59,549 bases of DNA, filler included, from Circinaria calcarea (GCA_051942165.1; 4 parts of 4 records of this genome joined end to end with filler, not necessarily neighbours in it); one strand, 5' to 3'. Numbered from the whole stretch's first letter, positions 1 to 11,165 are shown. Notes: a model not told the origin generated them from the sequence alone. Program-made: numbers and translations.

Positions 1-38
1 TTCCGCGCCAAATAAAAAAAAACTGATTTAATGCTATG

Positions 39-1446
39 TTACTGTGAGTTATAATGAATGAGGCCAACTGCCATTACGTCTGCAAACTCATCTTCAGGAA
101 TCCCCGCCTCCTTGCACATCTCGAGCACGATTTCAAGGGTCGCTATGCGCTGAAATGTCACAAATCCCTCGCGATTTGGTTTAGCTCGTTTCCTCCTCGG
201 ATAACGCGAGCCTGTTTGATTTGGATCGCGTCTTCTCTTTCTGATGGGCCTGCATGGAAACTCGGTCGTTTCGCTTGAAGAGTCAGAGAGTTTAGAGAAC
301 TTAGAACGGTCAGAGCTGGTAGAGGACAATATGTCATCAATATTGATTGGATTGTCTACTGCATGTTAGCGGTACAAATACTATAGAGTTTTTCCTACCC
401 GTCTTACCAGGTGAGCCTTCAATAGCGAGGTTTCCCTCAGGAGAAGATGGTTGCATGGCATTATTTGTGATAGATGATTGCGTACTGAAAGGCGGCAGCG
501 CAGTATTTATGCTGGGCGATTTCGCTTTCCCATCTATACTAGAAGGTATAGACTCTGTGGTGCCAGGCGGTTCATCAATGTCTGCTGTAGTAGATAGAGT
601 GGCGCTCTCAACTGCAGCCTGCGGATCAACGCTCACGTCGGACAGTTGCGAAATTTCTTCGTCATTCTGTTGTGTGGCCTTTGTGGACCGAGGAAGCATA
701 GTGCTCTCAACAAGGGGTGACAAGGATACTTCTACATCAGGTGGCTGTGCATCTACCAGAATAGGCTGCTCCGCTCGTTCTATGGTAATAAGATGTGTTG
801 GAGCATCTGTACTGGGCGGCTCAGCAACCTCTGAATTGGATAGTCGTACGTCATCCACCGGAGCAGGCAGCTGCACTTGCTGCAGTGTAAGCTGTGTAGT
901 GGATTGTGCATTGGACGGCTCAGCGGCCTCTGTGTTAGATGGCCGAATGTTATCCATCGGAGCGTCCGGCTGCACTTGCTCTGCTGTAAAATCTGTGGCG
1001 ATATCTGCGCTGGATGGCTTCGCAGACTTTGCATCTAATGGCTGCGCAGTGTTCCCAGAAGCTGACGGCTGCATTTGTTCTGTGGTAGGATGTGTGGTGG
1101 CCTCTGTGTTGAATAGCGCCATGATCTTCGTATTAGAGAGCTGGGTAGTATCCATCTGAGTGGATGGCTGTACTTGTTTTGCAGGATGTGTGGCGACCTT
1201 TACGCTCGAGGTACTTCCGCCTTCGTTTGCTGGTGAGGCAGAGTTCTCGTTGGTGGAAAGCGCCGTGCCAAAATCAGAGTCAAAGTCGAAGATGAATGGT
1301 TCCAGAGGATCCGCAGTATCCTCTGGAGCACCAAACGGTTCATCATCGAAGGGATCAGGAAATCTGAAGTAGTCGCTCGGGTAACTTGTGTACGTGGACA
1401 TCAAGTCATCATCAGTTTGCGGGGAACATAGATTGAGTATATCCAT
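39..1446 (-). CDS. Hypothetical low-complexity protein (~452 aa) with ~33-aa internal repeats and a short basic/helical C-terminus; 2 exons (1446-408, 358-39)
   Basis: ORFs 337..1446 and 39..329 join in frame through a 49-nt intron 359-407 (GTAAGA...GCTAAC...CAG), giving ...EGSPVDNPINIDDILSSTSSDR...; TATAAAAG lies ~100 nt upstream. Confidence 0.7.
720..1210 (-). repeat. About five diverged 99-nt (33-codon) tandem repeats inside the CDS
   Basis: Units at ~818-916, 917-1015, 1016-1114 and 1115-1210 share (G)GCTGYAYTTG-like cores at 99-nt spacing; protein motifs QVQP..PMD..R.SN.EAAEP recur. Confidence 0.65.
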
Positions 1447-1543
1447 GGTTTGGAGGTGGAATGGCTAGACAAGCAACGAAAAATTGTGTTCAAGGTTAAC
1501 AAAGGAAGAGAAAGAGAAACGAAAAGTCGAGGGGCGGTCGGTC

Positions 1544-1551
1544 CTTTTATA
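1544..1551 (-). promoter_or_regulatory. Candidate TATA box of the 39..1446 gene
   Basis: TATAAAAG on the minus strand ~98 nt upstream of the ATG, followed by a pyrimidine-rich tract. Confidence 0.4.
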
Positions 1552-1677
1552 CCCACAGCAGCAGGGTGCTCGTCAGCTTGACCCCTTCCCCAACTTGCTA
1601 CGCACTAAGTCATTGCTTCCCTCAACCAGTAATACGCCGCGAGCCATACGTCAGACTGCAGTCGAAGGTGACGTTGC

Positions 1678-2615
1678 CTATCTCTGACACGGGCATTGGG
1701 TAAGTAATGCCTGAGCATTGATCATAGCATTACGACGAGGATTGAGGGAGATAGAAGGTCGTTCTGGTACTGTGACTGGCTGCGGATTAACACCCTGGAG
1801 AATGATGCTTCTTTCGAGCCAACTAGTTCTGGTAGTGAAGATGTTGTGCATTTCCAGTATGCTCATATACACTCGTCTTTGATCTTCCCAATCGGTGTAG
1901 CCACGAATTCCACTCGACGGGTGACTGGCACTTCCTTTATTAAGTGGAACGACCTTCGTAGTGCGTCATGTTGGTATGGGTTTTATGCAGCTATGGTGTT
2001 TGATCTCTTGGAAACGCAGTTTTGGCTCCAGTAACCTCGAATCGGCTGCACAGTTATTCATTGAACTATAAATAGACCATGATCGCTTCGACATCTTTTG
2101 ACACCCAGATAGATCATACTTTTCCCATAATTCCACTATGTTGGCTTGACATAAGCTCATGTTTTCATGGGGAATCCCCCATCATTCCGATGGCACGGTG
2201 ATATCAGCAATCTTATTATGCCTTTTATCGGAAACGAACAGCTATCTTTCCCTTGCAAAGGTTACTATGTTGATATCGATGGCCCTGGCGGCGAACCTAC
2301 CGTCACATGGCGTGCTGGATAGCAGGTTACTTTTCAGTGAGTAACTTACTCCTGGAAAGATTGCATGCTGATTAGTGTGTCTGGCTCTTTGACTCAACTA
2401 ATACCACCGGTGCAACTATGAGTCAAGATGTAGGTGCTGCCCACAGTGAGGGCTTGTGTCAAGTGTCCTTCTCTTATGATAGAGGTCAAACATGGGTCGT
2501 GGTTCAAAGTTTTACGAGAATATAAAGTCGTTATCTCGTACGCGCTTCCCACTTCTGAAATTCCTGTAGGCGACTTTGAAATATATTTTGTGATATCAAT
2601 AGGTGATGATTTCAC
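1678..2615 (-). pseudogene. Degenerate gene of unknown family
   Basis: ORFs 1966..2160 and 1678..1872 and the stretch upstream to ~2340 are one reading frame broken by isolated TAG/TGA stops; an intron-like CTAAT...CAG at ~2350-2375 may link it to ORF 2394..2615. Confidence 0.35.
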
Positions 2616-3062
2616 TGTCTAGAGGTGGAACCATAGTGGATTAGGCGCCTTTGCTTCTGAACCTCTGCTAGAAGCTTCTCAAATTTATTTTTAAAGTATT
2701 TTCTTGCTCACGGATGTTCACAACCCGGCAGGTGATAATTGGGCTTTCGAGAGAACACGCGTCTCTGGGAATAAATTGGCTGCGAGTTTCTAGACATACC
2801 GTGGCGGTGGTGATGGTGGCGGCGATGGTGGCGGCGATGGTGGTAGTGGTCGGGCAGCGGGACTATGGAAAACATTGCGCATGTCTTCCACGGAAGAAGC
2901 TTGACTATTCTAGTATTAGTCAGTCGATTGATGCCCAAAATCTTTACTCACAAATAATATTACTACTGGTTATGCTATATCAATAATATAATTTTCTTCT
3001 GCGTTTCTTTCTCATCCTTTATTATTCATAAACTTAAGGAGTTTTTTGTCATGCTCTAAGCT

Positions 3063-3174
3063 AAGGGGGTGGCGATACCTCGCTTATTAGCGTCTTGGCG
3101 TATATCGAAAAACCTTTCACACACATAATTTCTTCCATAGCGATTAGTTCTCCAATATACTGCGTATAGCCATT
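3063..3174. repeat. Degenerate copy of a dispersed conserved non-coding motif (other copy at 29124-29277)
   Basis: Collinear shared blocks GTGGCGATACC (3069-3079), GCGTCTTGGCGYATATYGAAAA, GATTAGTT and TACTGCGTAT(T)AGCCATT (3158-3174). Confidence 0.75.
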
Positions 3175-3213
3175 TTTCTTCCTTCTCCTTGCTCTCCTTC
3201 CTCTGCTGCTCCA

Positions 3214-5217
3214 TTACCGTTCCATCTGCTGAAGGAGCTTGTCCATCTGCTCCCTTTGCTTCTCTTCCTTCTCCTTGTTCTCCCTCCTCTGCTGCTCCAT
3301 TTCCTCCCTTTGCCGTTCCATCTGCTGAAGGAGCCGTTCCATCTGTTCCTTTTGCTCGTCGAACAGTTTTTGAGCACTGGCAGGGAGAACCGGAGCTGCA
3401 AACGATTCGGTATCTCGACCCTGCGAGGATTGTTGGGAGCCTTGCTGCGAGTTGTCCTCCAAGTTTATCGTACCCGCAGAGAATGATAGCGTAGACGAGG
3501 CCGGAAGAGCTGCAATTGCTTTCTGAAGACGTTCTAACAGTTTCGGAGCGTGTATGGTTAAGACATTGCGAGCAAAATTGTGGAGGGCCAATAGGTCTTT
3601 CTCCTCGTGTGCAATGTCAAAATGCCGAATGTAGTGGCGATAATACGTCCATTTTTCTTCTTCAACCAAGGCATAATGCCCGTAGAGGCGAGCATCTTTT
3701 TGATCGTGTGAGATGGAATAGACATGAATCTTACCAAGCAATCTCTCGAACTGCTTGTCCTCTCGGTACTGATCGGCCTTTTGCTCGAGCTTGAGAAACG
3801 CTTTAACTGCCACACTGCAGCTGTGCATGTTCTGCCGGTCGGCATAGTCAAGCGCTTCGTTGCCACACTTAACCTCGCACATCAGGAATGGAAAACATAA
3901 ATCATCAGTTGGTCGCGTTAAATTTTCAAAGGATGTGTAGTTGGTCAGTTTTGCATTTTCTGTTGTCGTCAAAGCGGAAGAGAAAAAGCCAACGGCCAGG
4001 TCAGGTTTAGGTCGGGGCCCTGCCAGAACCCAACTCTCGTGCCATTGCTTATCAACCTCATCGGTAAGATTTCCGAACTTGTCTCCTCCAAACTTGAGGT
4101 AGAGTGATTTGATTGGCGGTATAATCAGCGGCGTAACATCTCGCTTTACCATTGGTTCATCTCGGTTTCGGCAAAGTTTGACCACCTCAAGTGTTTCGGC
4201 CTTAGAGTAAACAGTAGGAGAGATGGCTAAGCATGTCGTTTTTCTAAGATCATCACAAATCACTTTGCTGTCTGGAGAAACAAGTTTCTCGCCTTTGGAA
4301 TCATCCATGTCCAGACCTTGTGTAAAAATGTACTTCTCGTACGATTTAGTATATTGCTCCGGGACATCTCCATCCTTACGGCTTTGAGAATAGCTCGGGG
4401 ATTTTTCATCTTTACTACTTTGAGAATGATCTAACGTCCGCGGTCGTTTATTGGTGTTGTTCGAAGACATTGCAGGGGATTCTGCAAAGTTGTCGGGCCA
4501 GGTAAGGTTCGCGGCCCAGTAGCCGATAGGGTTATCTTTCTTTTCCTCTTCGCTTTCTTGGGCTTCGGGCTCTTGTTCAGGCGTCTCAAAAATGGGACTG
4601 TCGCGCCTTTTCGGATAGCAGTTATTAATTTCCTCCGAGCGCGGTATTATGGAAACAGCCCTCCTCCTTTTCTTCCTAGTTGGTTGCTCGTGTGAGTTGC
4701 TTATTGATGGTGATGGTAGCTGATGATGTTCTTCGTTCTCCCATGTGAAAGTCTTTCTCTCTGGATTAATGGGCTGGTCCTCAATTTGGGGGATTAGATC
4801 TTCAGTCTCTTGTGATCGCTTTCGCTTTTGACTAGGTCTTTGGTCTGGGCATGAAGGTTTTTCACAAGCCGGTAAGATCTGTGAGCACTTTCCTTAGGAT
4901 TAGGTTTCAACAGATAACATCAAAGCGAGTAGAGGACATACCGAACTGCGAGTATTACTTATTAACGTAGAGGGAAATGAATGCCGTTCAGTATTTTGGC
5001 CCTTGGAGTCTGTTCGCTCCTCAAGATGCTGTATCGCTTCCAGACGTGCGCTCTTGCGAGTGGCTGTTTGTGGTTGATGCTTCGTGATACCCTGAGGGCG
5101 CTTTCCTGTTAACGGTCAATTGAAAACAGGATGGATGAGTGTATGGAATTTCCCATTACGGTTCAAAGATTGCCGCCCATTTTCCCTGGCGTTAGATTTC
5201 CGTTGACTGCGGGCCAT
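3214..5217 (-). CDS. PD-(D/E)xK restriction-endonuclease-fold protein (DUF7924-like) with disordered N-terminus and C-terminal coiled coil; 3 exons
   Basis: Motif PKPDLAVGF...FPFLMCEVK...ADRQNMHS...SISHD...RLYGHY. The frame extends upstream of ORF 3214..4470 through introns 4879-4941 (GTATGT...GCTCACAG) and 5106-5159 (GTAATG...TTAACAG) to ATG 5217 (MARSQRKSNARENGRQSLNRKRPQG). Confidence 0.8.
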
Positions 5218-5691
5218 GTCGATTGGAACAGAGAGGGTAGGAGATGGTTTCTATCTTGCCGCCAACTTTGAAACGATCGGAGGTGTAGGGACGCTAACGG
5301 AAAAATGCATGATAGCGGGGGTTAAAGTCTTGGCGAGAAAATGCCAGCTGATTAACTTGCCTCAGTGCCACCTCCGCAAGCTCCGGAGGCCTCAGACTTC
5401 TTTCGTACTAGCTCCGCGTAAAAAAAATTATTCCAGTTATCGCGAAATTTCCCCGCGTTCCCAAAACACGATTTCTATTAACTATATAATTATCACGTAT
5501 AATTTTTTAAATTCGCTCTGATAGAAATTTCGAGTTATTCTGCTTTGTTATACAACTCTTTAAATAATTAGTTCCGCTCAGTGGTTGTTGATTAAGAAGC
5601 TAATAACGATTGATCACGGTTTGATATAAACGCTTATAACTACCTATTACATGACCCTGCTCGCAGGAAATTGCCATTAAATACCTTAGAT

Positions 5692-5762
5692 ATCAGAACC
5701 TCTATTCCCCATACAGAATTTCTATTTTCCATACAGAACCTCTGTTTTTCCATACAAAACTT
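5692..5762. repeat. Minisatellite, ~20-21-nt unit, ~3.5 copies
   Basis: Consecutive (ATA)CAGAAYYTCTRTTYYCC units. Confidence 0.6.
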
Positions 5763-6274
5763 CACGAACCCCCTTTCGTATATGGCGGCTCTCGACAGAA
5801 AGAAGCGGCGGCGTTTCTGGGGTCTCAACGCAGGCATAATAGAAGAATCCGCTCGAACAGATTGTTCGAAAGGACGTTTAGAGCGAATATTGAAAGTCAT
5901 ATCAAATTCTATTAATTAGTTGTTGATAAATATGGAAAAACCACCTCTTGTGTAAAATGTTGTTCTCCTCACCAAAAAGGCAGGATAATTCCCTCAGACT
6001 ACGCTTCGCGCGCAACGCTATTTTTAGCATCTACTAACTATATACAGCCATTCCAAAAAATACGCGGCAGCGAAGCAAAGCAGTCTGAATTTCTGAGACA
6101 ACCAGAAAGGTAGCACGCTTGTATTATGTAAGTGAAGCTTAGCGCTAAGCCTCTGGCGTGCCTACCTTATAATGCCAAACCGATCTCTTTAGAACTTACC
6201 ACCTCCCACCAGACCTTAATTATCAATAACTACGCAATCTCAATAACTGTTATCGAAGAGAACCAGAAATTACT

Positions 6275-7529
6275 ATGACGGCATCGATCCCGATATACTC
6301 CCTTTCTTTCGAGAAGCTGAAGACTCTTCATCGATCAGCTCAGGATATGGTCACATTGACTTTACCAGCGCGACCTTCCCACATTAATCCGGATCAATAT
6401 CTCGACAGCGCAATCAGTATATTGAGTGAATCGGCAGTCTCATTATATAGCAGTCAACGTTACTTGGATAGTCGTTCTGACAAGATTGAAACACAACTTA
6501 AGAAAACCGGTCAGAAGGTCGAAACACACCTTGAGAAAACCGATTGGAAGGTCGATAGCCACTTTGCTTATCTTAATCGGCGACTCGATAAGGGTTTCGA
6601 AGAGGTCGGCCGGCGGTTTGACGAGGTTGAGAAAGGAATAAGAGAGATCGGAGAGTGGAGAGAGTCAATGGACCAGTGGAAAGAGGGAGTCGATCAGCGA
6701 TTTGACGAGGCAAAAGCGATAAACTTCAACCGACTCACTAAGTCGTTACATGCCCATATTCGAAAAGTCGCAGCATCTATCCAAGATGAAAATGGCCGAA
6801 TACGATACGAAGTGGCTCCTGGCTTTCCTAGAACGATTAAATAATTTTGGCTCCTTCAGCGAGACAGTAAGCCTACCATGTTCGGTGTATTAATTAAGAC
6901 TAACCATGATTACAGCTAAAACCCTTATGAACTTAGTAAAACATTACTCCCTCGAGGGTTAAGAGGATTGGTAAAATATAGATCAAGAAGACTCCGACGC
7001 GATTTCATACATTCGCTTGAAAGATGTAGTTGTAGCATATTCTCAATTGTGTCTTCGGGCGTTAGCTGCGACGTGGGGTTTAGAATATGAACAGTTGGAA
7101 AGAATTCTTGAAAAACCAGAGGAGAAGCAAGCCAAAGCACGGAAACGAAAGGCCGATGACGAGATAGAATTAAGAAACGTCAAAGTAAAGATGGCTAGCG
7201 ATTACGAGATGGAATTAATAATTTTATTTACTGAAAATCGAGAGGTTAAAGTCAGGAGGAAAATAGTAAAGTCCGAACCGGAGGTGAATTTCCCTGGCTC
7301 TATAACACTAGAAGAGGTAATAGCATAATATTATATGCCGGGACACTCTCCAATACCGGGGGAAACAACGGAAGTTGAATGGGAATCTTCGTCGTCAGCT
7401 CGTATAGCGAGGCATAGTCTTCTGGCCGGTATGGGAGCAAGTCCTCCAGCGCCGGACTAAAGGCGTAGAGTGCCTTATATAGGTCCGGCGGTGGATGAAA
7501 TGCCTGAAAACCCAAGGAGTAAGAATTAA
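6275..7529 (+). pseudogene. RIP-inactivated coiled-coil protein gene (heptad repeats RFDEVEK followed by an FPRT..FW.L / LAATWGL.Y domain)
   Basis: ORFs 6275..6844 and 7017..7328 are one frame after removing intron 6867-6915 (GTAAGC...ACTAAC...CAG); internal stops are all TAA (6842, ~6960, ~6972, 7326, ~7457), as expected from RIP transitions. Confidence 0.7.
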
Positions 7530-7652
7530 TTGGGTATCCTATATAGCTTTATCGAGAGGTTATCGAACAGCCCTAAATAGGAGCTTAATAAACCACGTGT
7601 GCGTGAATTGTCGAGACTCGAACTTGGCTCTTTAAAATAGGTTTCGTATTAG

Positions 7653-7755
7653 AATTGGCGTATTGTAGATTCGGCGCACTGTAAATTCGGCGCACTGAAG
7701 ATTTGGCGCACTGTACTCGGTAAATTTAGCGCACTTTAAATTCGGCGCATTCTAA
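7653..7755. repeat. Six copies of a 16-nt unit, consensus ATTCGGCGCACTGTAA; possible transposon subterminal array
   Basis: Units at 7653, 7669, 7685, 7701, 7724 (after a 7-nt insert) and 7740. Confidence 0.8.
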
Positions 7756-7840
7756 AATCAAAGCGGCACAAATCTTCTCATTACATCTCTACGTAGACCT
7801 TCACGAAGCTAGGCGATCTCTACGCATTGCTCATATCCAG

Positions 7841-8070
7841 ATGGAAAGTTACTTCCGATTCATCGAGCCTAGCCAAAACGAACATTGGGAAAACGTTATC
7901 GACAAAATAGCCGGGCCATTACGTGTCAGAGATTTCGGGAAAATCAAAAGCGATAGACGGAATTATGTGAAATCTAAATTTATTTGGAATGAATCTTTAT
8001 CCACATGGGCAAACGGGTCTCATCCTCTCATTTGTCAACGAGATATATTCGACGTTCTTACCCAGGTATC
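7841..8070 (+). mobile_element. Possible 5' fragment of an integrase-type (Ginger/KRBA2-like) transposase
   Basis: ATG-initiated ORF right after the repeat array; ...LICQRDIFDVLTQV resembles the segment leading into the H2C2 integrase Zn domain, but the His pair and catalytic core are absent. Confidence 0.25.
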
Positions 8071-8734
8071 TCATGGCCTATCTGTTCAACGCTATAGACA
8101 GGGTCTGTCGCTGAGCCTGGGCTTTAAGGCCTTGGAGGCCTTAACCCTATTTTACTTACAATCTTTGATCGACTTCCATCTGAAAACCTGCAACGTCTCG
8201 ATTGCTAGATTTGACACTTACCCGCTAGATAGCAGCCTCTGCAAGACCAAGAGAAGGAGCAAGAAATGGTCGCTGAGCGGTCGGCGTGTCGTTGCGCAAA
8301 ATTGCAAGATAATGAGCGTAAGGTCAGTAAGCATTAAAATTGGCTGTTTAGAGATGATAGTTGTCCATTGAGTTGTCTGTCGAATTTCTTGACTATCCAA
8401 CGAGATTTTTCCAGCTCAGCATCTCGAATGTGAACTTTTTTTCACTTACACTGATTGTCCGTTGACGAGTCTTCACGGGCAGCCCTGCAAAGTTGCATCA
8501 TATCCTCTGTTACTTCCTCACTGATGTTCTTCCAAGCAACATTGAACGGCACAGATTTTACGTGATAATCGAGCGTAGCTATCTCCAAACGATGCTCAGC
8601 CCATACTCCCTGGTTTACGCTCCTGCCGTCAAATCTGGTGTTCGATGATGAGGAAGACCAGAAAACCCTCAACAAAACGACGTGGTCAAATTTAGTAACC
8701 TGGTCCCCCATTTCTGTCAGTCCGGCCCTGGCTT

Positions 8735-9547
8735 TCATAGACTGACATGAAGAATAGGGCGCAACAAATGCCTGAGGATTGCTCCCGACTCCAATGAATC
8801 CTTAGGGAAGTATTTGCGTGTCTCAATTGTATATTCTCTCAGTTCCTCGATGGAGCTAAAAGTAGCAATACGGCCACCTCCATTCCGCTGTACTTCAATG
8901 AGATCCACCATATTGACATGTTGCGCTCTGACTCTCTACAATCATAAATTTCATTAGCCTGTAGGCTTAAGGCTGTATTTATGTGTCACACTTACGCTTC
9001 GGCAATCTTTAGGAGTTTGTGGGATCGGAAATATTCCAATAGCTCGGCAAATACTTCGCCAGGATTTCATATCGTCATCTTCTTCCCCATACCATCGGTT
9101 AAATTCCCTCACCAACGCTGATCGGTACTGCGACCATGCAGTCTCACCATCAGGGTCGTTTCGGCCCCAGCTATAGAATTGTCGAAGACGACTGTATTCC
9201 TGCTGCGGCGGATTCGTGGGAGTATATGGAAAGCCCGGGAATGAGTTGAAGAACATGTCCAAAGGACTCAGGCCCACCGATATCGGACGAATCAAAGGGG
9301 TGTGAGCTGGGGAGTTCATGTGCTGATCCAGAGCTGACTGGCTGCCAAACGATCTGTCACAGTCCTCACAGAGGAACTCAGGGGCGTGAACTGAGGAGCT
9401 CATGTGCTGATCCAGAGCTGACTGGCTACCAAACGATCTGTCACAGTCCTCACAGAGGAACTCAGGGGCGTGAACTGGGGAGCTCATGTGCTGATTCAGA
9501 GCTGATTGGCTACCGAACGAACGGTTATGTAATGAGCAGTAAGCCAT
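8735..9547 (-). CDS. Protein with three tandem C2H2-type zinc fingers and a conserved fungal C-terminal domain; 2 exons (9547-8996, 8935-8735)
   Basis: CEDCDRSFGSQSALDQHMSSSVH repeats; intron 8936-8995 (GTAAGT...GCTAAT...TAG) joins KDCRS to RVRAQHVNMVDL...ELREYTIETRKYFPK...LRHLLRPIL; stop at 8735. Confidence 0.85.
9303..9523. repeat. 87-nt coding tandem repeat, ~2.5 near-identical copies (zinc fingers)
   Basis: CATGTGCTGATCCAGAGCTGACTGGCT...CACAGAGGAACTCAGGGGCGTGAACTG repeated at 87-nt spacing. Confidence 0.9.
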
Positions 9548-9675
9548 GATGCCTTACTCAACAAGGACAAATCCTACAATCAGCGGAACTGTATCCTGTT
9601 ATATTCTGTGTTGCTAACAAGTGACCACAACTGGAGAACTTTGCTAAATCTACGATAGAGGAGACTGATACTACT

Positions 9676-10185
9676 TTAGAATTCAATCAATGTTACACAG
9701 GATGCGGGGCTGAAATATTCAGGGTCACGAGCTCGACAGAGGGTCACCGCAATTGGTCCGATTGAGAAATGCCGGGTAGGCCGGCACAGGAAAGCGTCAC
9801 ACCTCATCACCGGGCAGTGCACATGTCCGTCCTGCGTTGAAGATGTGGTAAGTTTATCAGAAGCGGTAATACTGGGTGCCGTGATTTCGATTGAGCCTAT
9901 CAAGTTACCGAGGAACACTACTAGAACGGCAAAATAGCTGCGGTGGCGATTAGTCCAACCCTCATTGACCATAATAACAAGATAGGGAGGGAGCCATCTC
10001 TTTTTGCGAGATACATAGGGCAAAGGGCAAAGGCAAAGGGAGATCACTTACGCAGCTGTAGCAGCGAATATTTCATGCCTTTTAACCTTGGTGAATGTCG
10101 ACACGACAATAGCAAATCCCAAGGTGAATAGGAGAATCACCACATCTCGAACTAAGCCAGATTGATACCGTCCTGCAGGATATGG
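9676..10185 (-). pseudogene. 3' fragment of a DUF6594-like membrane protein gene
   Basis: Spliced translation VILLFTLGFAIVVSTFTKVKRHEIFAATAA|YFAVLVVFLGN (intron GTAAGT...CTAAT...CAG, ~9939-10051) matches the recalled C-terminal signature of this family; the upstream frame is closed by stops. Confidence 0.6.
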
Positions 10186-10278
10186 CAATTAAACTAATTA
10201 ATGACAATCAACCGGCTTCTTACTGATCGCTGAGGAATGCTGGATCACGATCGACAACGCCCTAATTATTACCTGATC

Positions 10279-10555
10279 CTACATGATTCTACATGTTCCT
10301 CCCTTGTTACTAGATCCGCTGCTTGAAGACTCGCTACTGGAGTTGCTGCCGCTACTTGTGCCACCTTGCGAACCTTTGGACAACGCATTATTCCGATCGC
10401 CAGCAGACTGCGCCCGTGCTGCGAAACCCCGGGATGACATGTCATCACCACCTTTGGCCTATCAATAATCCGGTCAATACGAGGTAAAAAGATCGGATAG
10501 AGTTGATAGTCTTTACCTGAGACGACTGTATCCGAGAAGAGTCAGACTTGGTCAT
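10279..10555 (-). CDS. Small SMP/LEA-like hydrophilic protein (72 aa); 2 exons (10555-10517, 10458-10279)
   Basis: Not in the ORF track. MTKSDSSRIQSSQ|AKGGDDMSSRGFAARAQSAGDRN... via a 58-nt intron 10459-10516 (GTAAAG...TTGAC...TAG); matches the MT..DA.RIQS.QA......GFAARAQSA.DRN pattern of small fungal seed-maturation-like proteins. Confidence 0.75.
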
Positions 10556-10852
10556 TTAATGGGAAGGCATGTTACCATATATGGGCCTACTGAAGAAGTA
10601 TGTGAGAGTTGAATTTCAAAAGACCTCGGCGGATGTAAAATGAGTGAGAAGAGTAGATTTGGGTCAAGCATCTTATACAATCACGTATGGCTAGTAAATG
10701 CCTCACACCATCAATACTCAAACTAAAATTAGAGCAAAAGCTACTGCTAGCAATAATCCCACCGTATCTTCGGATCCCGAATGCACTCACTAGCACAAAC
10801 CAGCACATAACAGAGGAGCCTGTTGCAAAGAAACTAACCCTGCGAAAGTCTA

Positions 10853-11165
10853 TTAATGGATCAATGTTGCTTGCGGGAGATGTTGATCGGCTAGCTTGAT
10901 TTGAGCAGCAGATATATCCGCGCCTGTTACCTCCAGACCATGCGCATGAAAGTCTAGGTGCAGGGCACGCCAGGGCCACAGCCCACTCGAGGACCTTGGC
11001 GCCTTGTGGGAGCTTCGCGAGCTTCTCGGTGTAAACTGCGCGGGTGGGAATCGATCGGGGCGTAAACTTGGAAAGGTATGCGGGGGCTACCTGGTCGTAG
11101 CCATGCTGAACAAGGCATTTCGCCTTAGCTAGCGGTGGATTCTCTTCTCGCGAGATATTTATCAT
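10853..11165 (-). pseudogene. Frameshifted, truncated class I SAM-dependent methyltransferase
   Basis: VQHGYDQVAPAY...LPQGAKVLE, then motif I GCGPGVP in a shifted frame, a TAG, then HGLEVTGADISAAQIKLA..HLPQATLIH* in another frame. Confidence 0.75.

Noticed and set aside
347..1159. 270-aa plus-strand ORF, and similar antisense ORFs over the amidohydrolase, tubulin, OYE and 29915..30847 genes
   Set aside because: Shadow frames of real genes on the opposite strand.
2800..2850. His/Arg-rich ORF segment from GGT/GGC/GAT triplets
   Set aside because: Simple trinucleotide low-complexity tract with no gene support.
7653..7755. CRISPR-like repeat array
   Set aside because: Units are contiguous with no unique spacers, no cas genes, eukaryotic context.
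8442..8738. 98-aa ORF whose ATG overlaps the zinc-finger gene stop (ATGA)
   Set aside because: No recognisable domain; such an overlap arises easily by chance.
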